From assembly GCA_964361095.1 (NCBI GenBank), contig CAYHZA010000004.1, forward strand, positions 2,236-66,235: a stretch of 64,000 nucleotides of DNA, in the 5' to 3' direction. A model generated the notes under the pieces. The model was given only the letters and a program-made list of their open reading frames with translations, was not told the DNA's origin and did not search any database. The position numbers and the translations under genes are program-made. The stretch is from an uncultured Candidatus Saccharibacteria bacterium (GTDB lineage Bacteria; Patescibacteriota; Minisyncoccia; UBA6257; 2-01-FULL-56-20). Of this stretch, positions 9,276-15,944 are shown piece after piece (positions within the stretch are counted from its first letter, which is position 1; every line of letters begins with the position of its first letter).

Positions 9276-9480
9276 GACGCTCACATACAAAGAAGTTGCG
9301 CGCCGTGCGGGCAATCCCCGCGCGTACAGGGCGGTCGGCACTATTTTGAATCGCTACGATTCAAAAAAAATTAAAGTGCCGTGTCATCGTGTGGTGCGAT
9401 CCGACGGTATGATAGGCGGTTATCGTTGGGGATCGCGAAAAAAAATAAGCTTGCTTCGTAAAGAAAAAGCGATTCCTTAG
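9220..9480 (+). CDS. O6-methylguanine-DNA methyltransferase (MGMT) family protein
   Basis: IPRGKTLTY, RAVG, PCHRVV (active-site Cys present) and GGYRWG. Confidence 0.9.
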   Translation: MTSFTTRVLTVVARIPRGKTLTYKEVARRAGNPRAYRAVGTILNRYDSKKIKVPCHRVVRSDGMIGGYRWGSRKKISLLRKEKAIP

Positions 9481-9824
9481 GAAATCGCTTTTTCTACAAT
9501 CTTTTTGAATATCGCCGGTTCGCGTTTCGCGAGATCGGCAAGAGTTTTTCGGTCAAGGAGTATCTTCTGTTTTTTCAAAGCCGCGATGAGCTTGCTGTAG
9601 GAAATGCCTATTTCACGGGAGGCGGCGTTGATTTGCACGTTCCACAATGTGCGGAAGACGCGTTTCTTTTCTTTCCGGCCTCGGAACTTTCGGGAAAGCG
9701 CGTGAAGAAGCGCCTCTTTCGCGGCGCGCTCCTTGGATTTTCTGCTCCAGCGAAATCCTTTCGTGAGCTTTAGGAGCTTTTCCCTCTTTTTATGGGCTAT
9801 GGTACCTCGTTTGACTCGTGGCAT
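9477..9824 (-). CDS. rplT: 50S ribosomal protein L20
   Basis: MPRVKRG..KKRVFRTLWNVQINAA..ISYSKLI..LDRKTLADLA. Confidence 0.97.
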   Translation of the reverse strand: MPRVKRGTIAHKKREKLLKLTKGFRWSRKSKERAAKEALLHALSRKFRGRKEKKRVFRTLWNVQINAASREIGISYSKLIAALKKQKILLDRKTLADLAKREPAIFKKIVEKAIS

Positions 9825-9844
9825 GAACGTAAGTGTAAAGTTTA

Positions 9845-9945
9845 AAAATCAAAATGTAAAATGACAGTTCAAAAAGCTAAAAATAAAATTTTTGCGGGTT
9901 TTTCGCAAAACACCTAATTTTTTAACTTTGATATTTGATTTTTGC
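9845..9945. repeat. AT-rich palindromic element built from degenerate 7-nt repeats
   Basis: AAAAATCAAA...TTTGATTTTT arms with about 7-nt periodicity (tcaaaat gtaaaat ... tcaaaaa) around a TTTTGCG/CGCAAAA core. Confidence 0.55.
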
Positions 9946-9946
9946 A

Positions 9947-10114
9947 TTAGTAGTTAATTATGGATTTCTTCGGGTGGTCAAGCGACGTATTCTTTCCTTT
10001 TCTGCGGAGTACTTTTTGTGATTTTCTGGTGCGAAAATGATTCACTCCCATCGGGCGCCGAATCATTTTCCCGTTTTTTGTTATCCTGATCCGCTTGGTA
10101 ACGCTCTTCCTCAT
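9947..10114 (-). CDS. rpmI: 50S ribosomal protein L35 (not in the ORF track)
   Basis: Translates as MRKSVTKRIRITKNGKMIRRPMGVNHFRTRKS...; lies between infC and rplT. Confidence 0.93.
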   Translation of the reverse strand: MRKSVTKRIRITKNGKMIRRPMGVNHFRTRKSQKVLRRKGKNTSLDHPKKSIINY

Positions 10115-10629
10115 GTTGATTTTTTTACAATTTGAGTGGTAATGCCGAAGCCGCCCTGTTTCGGTTCGCTTATCATTTTATGATCGATAGTTATCATCTT
10201 TAGGAACTCATCGAGCTTATGGAATGCCCAGGGTTTGTTGTATTTCTCTCTTCCGCGGAGACGCACACGAATTTCTACCGGATGCCCTTCGTTCATGAAC
10301 TTCTCCGCCTGCTTCGCTTTGATCAGGAGATCGTTCGCGGCCGCCCGGGCGCTGATTTGTACCTGCTTTATCCCCGTTGATTTTTGCGCGAGTCGGCGTT
10401 CTTTCTTCTCCTCCTTCTCTTTCTGATAGCGGTACTTATCGTAACTCATAAGCCGCGCGACGGGGGGGTGCGCCTGCGGGGCAATTTCAATAAGGTCGGT
10501 ATGCCGCTCCTGCGCCATTGCGAAAGCTTTTTCTCGGCTTAAGACGCCGAGATTTTCTCCCTCTTCGTCAACGACGCGGAGCTCGGGCGCGGTTATCTGG
10601 TTGTTAATTCGTATCGTAGCGATGGTAAT
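10111..10629 (-). CDS. infC: Translation initiation factor IF-3, with a non-AUG (ATT/ATC) start
   Basis: RINNQITAPELRVVDEEGENLG..DLIEIAPQAHPPVARLMSYDKY. An in-frame TAG directly precedes ATT at 10629, and there is no ATG/GTG before the conserved N-domain. Confidence 0.93.
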   Translation of the reverse strand: MTIATIRINNQITAPELRVVDEEGENLGVLSREKAFAMAQERHTDLIEIAPQAHPPVARLMSYDKYRYQKEKEEKKERRLAQKSTGIKQVQISARAAANDLLIKAKQAEKFMNEGHPVEIRVRLRGREKYNKPWAFHKLDEFLKMITIDHKMISEPKQGGFGITTQIVKKST

Positions 10630-10749
10630 CTATATGCGATACGCGCCTCGTTTTCCGTTTGCCATGTGCCTTGTGGTATGAGTACGTAATGCTATGCCGT
10701 GAGTATAACAGGAATATTGGTTTTGACAAGCCCAGACCTCTCTTGAATT

Positions 10750-10868
10750 AAAAAGGGACCTCGAGTTTTTGAAGTGAGATCCCTGTAGGGTGGGCGTTTG
10801 GTTCACGCCAAGTAATCGTCCGGGCAGCGCCCGTGGGGGTGTGCGGGAAAGAATACTGCCAGGCTCTG
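10750..10868 (-). ncRNA. Candidate small structured RNA
   Basis: TTCACA-16-TATTAT promoter (10901-10874), three hairpins, and a GGGATCTC/GAGGTCCC+T5 terminator. No plausible start-led ORF. Confidence 0.45.
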
Positions 10869-10923
10869 CCTTTATAATAGCACTTCAGAATTTTATGTGA
10901 AGTGGATATCCCGCACCGGCTAT

Positions 10924-11871
10924 TTACTTCTTTTTGAGCGCCGCTTGTATCATTTTATCGAGCAATACTTCAAATGAAATTCCTATCGCCGCGGCCGCTT
11001 GGGGATAAAGACTTGTTTCCGTCATTCCCGGGATCGTGTTTGTTTCGAGGACATAGATCGTTCCGTTTTCGGCGACGATCATATCCGTCCGTGACATTCC
11101 GGAGCATCCGAGCGCGTTGTGCGCGGTGAGTGCCGCATTCTCTATTGACTGAATTACTTCCTTTGCGAGGCGGGGAGGTATGATATGCTCCGATCCACCT
11201 GCCGTGTATTTTGCGTGATAGTCATAAAATTCGTGTTCTGGCGAGAGAATTTCTACAGGAGGAAGAGCAGTCGGTTTTTCTCTCTTACCCTCATCGAGTA
11301 CCCCGCAGGACACTTCAACTCCTTTTATATATTGTTGGGCAATAACTGTTGCGTCGTGTTCGAATGCGCGGATGAATGCGTCGTGGAGTCCATTTATATC
11401 TTTAAGAATACTAATTCCCACGCTTGATCCTCCTCGTGATGGTTTTATAACACAGGGGATTCCAAGCGCCGTGATGTTCGCTATGATATTTTTCTGATTC
11501 TCGACCCACTCATTTTTTTTAAAAACGATTTGCTTCGGCACATTTAGTCCGTGGAATGAAAAAAGTTCGGCGGATTTTACCTTGTCCATCGCGAGCGCGC
11601 TCGCGAGGACTCCCGAGCCCGTGTAGGGGATATCCGCTGATTCAAGAATTGCTTGCACGGTGCCGTCTTCCCCGTATGCGCCGTGCAAAGCGATAAAGGC
11701 CACGTCGGTCGCCTCGGGAATCTCCCACTTTTTATTTATGGGAATCACGAGGGGTACGGCGTCATATTTTTCTTTATTGAGATGTTTCAAAATTACCCCG
11801 CCGGTTTTTAATGACACGTCGTGCTCGGAGGAGGGGCCGCCCATGAGGACCGCGATTCGCAACTTTTTCAT
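10924..11871 (-). CDS. ddl: D-alanine--D-alanine ligase
   Basis: GGPSSEHDVS, HGAYGEDG, MDKVKS, GGSSVG, YDYHAKY and ETNTIPGMT. Confidence 0.96.
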   Translation of the reverse strand: MKKLRIAVLMGGPSSEHDVSLKTGGVILKHLNKEKYDAVPLVIPINKKWEIPEATDVAFIALHGAYGEDGTVQAILESADIPYTGSGVLASALAMDKVKSAELFSFHGLNVPKQIVFKKNEWVENQKNIIANITALGIPCVIKPSRGGSSVGISILKDINGLHDAFIRAFEHDATVIAQQYIKGVEVSCGVLDEGKREKPTALPPVEILSPEHEFYDYHAKYTAGGSEHIIPPRLAKEVIQSIENAALTAHNALGCSGMSRTDMIVAENGTIYVLETNTIPGMTETSLYPQAAAAIGISFEVLLDKMIQAALKKK

Positions 11872-11907
11872 AGATATATAGTATCCCGAAGAGCGTGATT
11901 TGAAAAT

Positions 11908-11939
11908 AAAAAAACCGCCTGTCCGTAAAGACCAGGCGG
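11908..11939 (-). terminator. Intrinsic terminator
   Basis: CCGCCTG/CAGGCGG stem followed by a T-tract on the minus strand. Confidence 0.75.
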
Positions 11940-11972
11940 CTATGCATGTGAAGAAATCAGAGTGTTCACGGT

Positions 11973-12335
11973 TTAGTGAACCGCTTCGCCAGGGTCCTCT
12001 TCGGCGAAGAACGACTCTTTTTCTGCATGGTCCGCAGAAAAAAGATCAGTGAGAGCTTTGATTTCCCTTACTGTTTCGTTGAAGACGCTCACGGTGATCT
12101 GGGTCGGGAGATCCGCCTCGCAATTGGCGATGGGCGAATTCCTGACTTCCTCTCGGAGATGCGATCCTTCCTCCTTGGAAAGTATCCCGAGCTGTACTCC
12201 GGTCTTGATTGTGATGAATCCATCGTGCTTTGTTCCGAACTCCGGACTATGTCTTCCTTCCGAAGTGACGATCCGGCCGTGATTCTTACATTCATCACAA
12301 AGCTTCAAGTACGCCGCCCGCACGATCAATCCCAT
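11973..12335 (-). CDS. Hypothetical protein with a CxxC motif
   Basis: Has its own TTGACA-17-TATAAA promoter, a G-rich SD and a downstream terminator. Confidence 0.7.
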   Translation of the reverse strand: MGLIVRAAYLKLCDECKNHGRIVTSEGRHSPEFGTKHDGFITIKTGVQLGILSKEEGSHLREEVRNSPIANCEADLPTQITVSVFNETVREIKALTDLFSADHAEKESFFAEEDPGEAVH

Positions 12336-12421
12336 GGTTTTCCCCCTATCGAGAATTGGTTGTCCGATGTGCTTTCGATTTTATATCACGTGGGCTATGT
12401 CCTGTCAATTATTTGTCAAAT

Positions 12422-12451
12422 AAAAAAGGCGGGTGTCCGAAACACGCCGCC
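12422..12451 (-). terminator. Intrinsic terminator
   Basis: GGCGG..GTGT/ACAC..CCGCC stem followed by T6 on the minus strand. Confidence 0.7.
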
Positions 12452-12485
12452 TAAGTTGTTTTAATGCCCTCGTTTTGTGGATTTT

Positions 12486-12656
12486 CTAGAGTTCCCGCAG
12501 AATTGATTTTAGGCGAGTGTCTCTTAAGAGAAGAAGCGCGCCGCACCTCCCGCATCGTTCTTCGCTATCTTCCTCACAAGAGGTGTGAGTTGGACCGTAC
12601 GGGCACTTCTCGTGCGGATCGTGGGCAATTTCAAATTCATCAACAAATTTCGCCAT
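12486..12656 (-). CDS. Small Cys/His-rich protein (56 aa; not in the ORF track)
   Basis: MAKFVDEFEIAHDPHEKCPYGPTHTSCEEDSEERCGRCGALLLLRDTRLKSILREL, with a strong SD (GGAGGGAGGAG) and a terminator downstream. Confidence 0.65.
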   Translation of the reverse strand: MAKFVDEFEIAHDPHEKCPYGPTHTSCEEDSEERCGRCGALLLLRDTRLKSILREL

Positions 12657-12724
12657 GGTCTCCTCCCTCCTTTATGTGGAAGATAGTGTGACTGGGCATA
12701 GGTGAATTGACAAGGAACAAAATG

Positions 12725-12752
12725 AAAAACCGCCCTCGAGAAGGCGGTTTTT
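12725..12752. terminator. Bidirectional intrinsic terminator
   Basis: AAAAACCGCC-8 nt-GGCGGTTTTT. Confidence 0.8.
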
Positions 12753-12777
12753 CTAGGTATCTTTTTTTGTACGTTAA

Positions 12778-12843
12778 CTACCGCAACTTCTCGAGTGTGT
12801 TCAAGGTTGGGTAGCTAAAGTAGATGGCAACTGCTCTTTGCAT
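12778..12843 (-). CDS. Putative 21-aa peptide (leader peptide or sRNA-encoded)
   Basis: MQRAVAIYFSYPTLNTLEKLR, starting 9 nt after TTGACA-16-TACAAT and followed by a terminator. Confidence 0.4.
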   Translation of the reverse strand: MQRAVAIYFSYPTLNTLEKLR

Positions 12844-12997
12844 TATGTTTTTATTGTAGCGTTTTGAACCGAGGTGTCAAATGGGGAAGGGAAATTAGAG
12901 CTTCTTAGATGGGCGGAATTTCACGTGGCGAGTCACTCCTATTGCTTTTTTTCGAAAAGTGCGGTATAATTATCGCTTGAGAATTGAATATGGGGCT

Positions 12998-13081
12998 CCC
13001 AGTAACATTGCTTTGGTTATTTCGTTATAGAATAACGGAATAGAGTTACTGGGCGCAGCATGCCAAAGCAATGTTACTGGG
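12998..13081. repeat. Palindromic mini-element with a 19-bp perfect inverted repeat, in the tmRNA leader
   Basis: CCCAGTAACATTGCTTTGG / CCAAAGCAATGTTACTGGG. Confidence 0.75.
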
Positions 13082-13400
13082 GATGACCGGCTTCGATGGA
13101 AATGCGTCATGAACCGGCGAGCCGAGCGCAGTCTCGTAAATCCTGCAAAATTATTAACTGCCAACTCTAATCGAGTTACAGCTCCAGCGTTCGCTTACGC
13201 GTAACGCAGGACATCGGCTAACTTGTGTCTCTTAGGTTAAATACTGGTGTAATATAAGGAGGCTCGCCAAGCACGTTTCGCTTCGTGATGTGCTCGGCTA
13301 AAAATAGCGAAGCAAAATTCTTGATCCAATCAAGATACGCTCGTAGATAGTTCATCGATAGTATTTTCAGACGGCGGTTCAATTCCGCCCATCTCCACAA
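13079..13400 (+). ncRNA. ssrA: tmRNA, tag peptide ANSNRVTAPAFAYA
   Basis: Acceptor stem GGGGATG/CATCTCC-A with G3:U, GGCTTCGA after the 5' strand, T-arm GGCGGTTCAATTCCGCC, and resume context TAACT-GCC. Adjacent to smpB. The 3' end reads ACAA, so CCA is not encoded. Confidence 0.95.
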
Positions 13401-13401
13401 A

Positions 13402-13440
13402 CTAACACAAAGGCCACCCTCGCGGTGGCCTTTGTGTTAG
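13402..13440. terminator. Long hairpin between convergent ssrA and smpB
   Basis: CTAACACAAAGGCCACC / GGTGGCCTTTGTGTTAG. Confidence 0.8.
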
Positions 13441-13476
13441 TGTAGAAATGCCCCGTTTTTTATATACTACAATTTT

Positions 13477-13911
13477 CTACTGCCTGCGCATCTCCCGTTC
13501 CATCGTGCGTTTTTTGAGCACTTCCCGTTTGTCGTGTTGCTTGCGGCTTTTTCCCAAGCCCAATTTTATTTTTACGAATCCGCGCTCAAGGCGCGCCTCA
13601 AGAGGAAGGAGCGTAAGCCCTTTTTCGTGGAGGCGCCCTTCGAGACTTTTTATCTCCGCCTGATGCAGGAGAAGGCGGCGCGTCCGTTTCGGGTCGTATT
13701 CGGGAGGCGCGTTTTTTGGCTGATACGCGGGAATGTCCGCGTTCAAAAGCCACGCTTCGTGATCGCGGATAATGGCATAGCTTCCGGCAAGGCTTATTCT
13801 CCCGTTCTTTACGCTTTTTACTTCGTGCCCTTGGAGCTCAATGCCCGCCTCAAAGCTTTCAAGAATTTCATAGTCGAATCGTGCGCGCCGATTCTCGGAT
13901 AACGCTTTCAT
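13477..13911 (-). CDS. smpB: SsrA-binding protein
   Basis: NRRARFDY, EAGIELQGHEVKS, RTRRLLLH and DKRE. Confidence 0.97.
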   Translation of the reverse strand: MKALSENRRARFDYEILESFEAGIELQGHEVKSVKNGRISLAGSYAIIRDHEAWLLNADIPAYQPKNAPPEYDPKRTRRLLLHQAEIKSLEGRLHEKGLTLLPLEARLERGFVKIKLGLGKSRKQHDKREVLKKRTMEREMRRQ

Positions 13912-13985
13912 GATACATAGTATACCTCGGCTTCGGTGATTTATCTCACTCCATAAAGCTGGTATACTTCTTTAAGATAACGAGT

Positions 13986-14120
13986 AAAAAAAAAGCAGCG
14001 GTGAGTACGGGGAGGGTGGTGCGGATAGATTGCGGGGAAAGTCTGAAGGGTTGAGTCGCTCGAGGCGCGAGAAGCCGCACTGCAATGCCCTCTCGTCGTG
14101 ATATTGAAGACCGCTGCTTA
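13986..14120 (-). ncRNA. Candidate rod-shaped ncRNA (6S-like)
   Basis: Extended -10 TGGTATACT (14135-14127), terminal stem AAGCAGCGGT/ACCGCTGCTT, internal bubbles, ending in T9. Confidence 0.5.
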
Positions 14121-14177
14121 CCTATAAGTATACCAAAGCGAATAAAGAGATATTTAATTTTTCTGTGATCAACTCCT

Positions 14178-15866
14178 ATGCGTGAAAAAATAGCTCAAAT
14201 ACTGAAGAAAAGTGGCCTTTCCGATGCGGATGTAATCGTTTCCGAACGGGAAAATTTTGGGCACTACTCGACGGCGATCGCCATGCGGCTCGCAAAGACG
14301 GAGCACAAAAACCCAATTGAGCTCGCGGAAGAATTTACCCGCCGCATCCGCGAAAGGGCGCCCGCTCATTTTTTTGAAAAAGTGGAAGTGGCGCCGCCAG
14401 GGTTTATTAATTTTTGGATCAATCGCAAAGTTTTGGAGAGTGAATTTCAGAAAATATACAAAGCAAAGAACGTTTACGGAAAAAGTAGCATAGGCAAAAA
14501 TAAAAAAGTTATCGTCGAATATTCCCAGCCGAATATCGCGAAACCGCTTCACGTGGGACATCTTCGCACTACGGTACTTGGCGACGCGCTCGCGAATATG
14601 CACGAACTCGCGGGGTATAAGGTTGTTCGGTGGAATTATCTCGGTGACTGGGGAACGCAGTTCGGAAAAGTTATTGCCGCGTATAAATTATGGGGCAACC
14701 GTGAAGCGTTGCGGAAAAATCCGATCCGCGCGCTCGGGGAACTCTACGCGCGCTTTCACGGTGAAATGAAAGCGCGTCCCGAACTCGAGGAGCAAGGCAG
14801 GGAAGAGTTCAAAAAACTTGAAACCGGAGATAAAGAGAATAAAAAATTGTGGGAATGGTTCAAAAAAGAATCTGTTAAAAAACTGAATGCTCTCTACGCA
14901 ATTCTCGATATAAAATTTGACGTGTGGATCGGCGAGAGTTTTTTCGAGAAAGAACTGCGCCCTCTGGTTGCCGAATTGCTTAAGAAGAATATCGCTAAGA
15001 GAAGCGAGGGGTCTGTTATTGTGTCATTCGGAAACGACGTGCTTCCTCCCGCGCTTATTCAGAAGTCGGATGGCGCGAGCTTATATCTGACGCGTGATAT
15101 CGCGAATTTACGTTATCGTTTAAAGAAGTATAAGCCTCATAAAATTTTGTACGTGGTAGGAAACGAACAGTCGCTTCACTTTGAACAACTTTTCTCCGTG
15201 GCGCGACTTTTGCATATGACAGGTTCCGAGCTCGCGCACGTAAAATACGGATTGGTGCTCGCCGAGGGAGGTAAAAAATTCGCGAGTCGCGAGGGAAGAG
15301 CGGTATTTTTGGAAGATATGTTACGGAAATCAATTACATTGGCGGAGAAGATCGTTTCGGAAAAGAACCCCGCGCTTTCCGCGAGAGAAAAAGAGCGAGT
15401 TGCTCACGCGGTCGGCGTCGGTGCCCTGAAGTACGTAAATCTCAAGGAAAATCGACATTCGGACATAGTTTTTGACTGGGAGCGCATGCTTGATTTCTCG
15501 GGAGACAGTTCCCCTTATCTTCAATATACCTACGCGCGCCTTCAGGGAATTTTACGCAAGGCGGGCAATGTTCGATCATTAGGTGCGCCGGTTTTTGAAA
15601 GTTCCTTAGAACTTCAGATCGTGCGGAAACTCTTGGAATTTCCGGAGGTCATCAAAGAAGGAGTTCTTGGGTATGCCGTAAACGGTCTTACGGCCTATCT
15701 TTATGAACTTGCGGTGCTCGCGAATAAATTTTATGAGATTACGCCCATTATAAAGGATGAGAATCGCGCCCGCCGCGCCTCGCGCCTCGCGCTTGTCGGT
15801 ATGGTGTCCGTGGTTTTAAAGAAGGGACTTGGTCTTTTGGGCATAAAAGTAGTACCTCAAATTTAG
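14178..15866 (+). CDS. argS: Arginine--tRNA ligase
   Basis: VEYSQPNIAKPLHVGHLR, GDWGTQFG, KSDGASLY and PYLQYTYAR. Confidence 0.97.
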   Translation: MREKIAQILKKSGLSDADVIVSERENFGHYSTAIAMRLAKTEHKNPIELAEEFTRRIRERAPAHFFEKVEVAPPGFINFWINRKVLESEFQKIYKAKNVYGKSSIGKNKKVIVEYSQPNIAKPLHVGHLRTTVLGDALANMHELAGYKVVRWNYLGDWGTQFGKVIAAYKLWGNREALRKNPIRALGELYARFHGEMKARPELEEQGREEFKKLETGDKENKKLWEWFKKESVKKLNALYAILDIKFDVWIGESFFEKELRPLVAELLKKNIAKRSEGSVIVSFGNDVLPPALIQKSDGASLYLTRDIANLRYRLKKYKPHKILYVVGNEQSLHFEQLFSVARLLHMTGSELAHVKYGLVLAEGGKKFASREGRAVFLEDMLRKSITLAEKIVSEKNPALSAREKERVAHAVGVGALKYVNLKENRHSDIVFDWERMLDFSGDSSPYLQYTYARLQGILRKAGNVRSLGAPVFESSLELQIVRKLLEFPEVIKEGVLGYAVNGLTAYLYELAVLANKFYEITPIIKDENRARRASRLALVGMVSVVLKKGLGLLGIKVVPQI

Positions 15867-15944
15867 CGTTCGCGATTCACGTTCGCGCTTAATACTTTGC
15901 GCCGATTGTCATCATGGCGCGTTTCTTTTATGATGAAAAGACAC

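Noticed and set aside
10800-10870. Possible HDV-like ribozyme
   Set aside because: I could not build a P3/L3/P1.1/J4-2 arrangement with correct lengths.
14010-14025. GAGGGTGGTGCGG upstream of argS, resembling a T-box
   Set aside because: It lacks the ACC/GCG completion, there is no room for stem I, and there is no plus-strand terminator.
14030-14120. GGGGAAAGTC resembling RNase P RNA CR-I
   Set aside because: The region is far too short and the other conserved regions are absent.
15866-15910. TTCGCG-rich short repeats after argS, and a similar stretch after rny (30872-30905)
   Set aside because: They may be eroded relatives of the ileS palindrome but are too short and degenerate to support.
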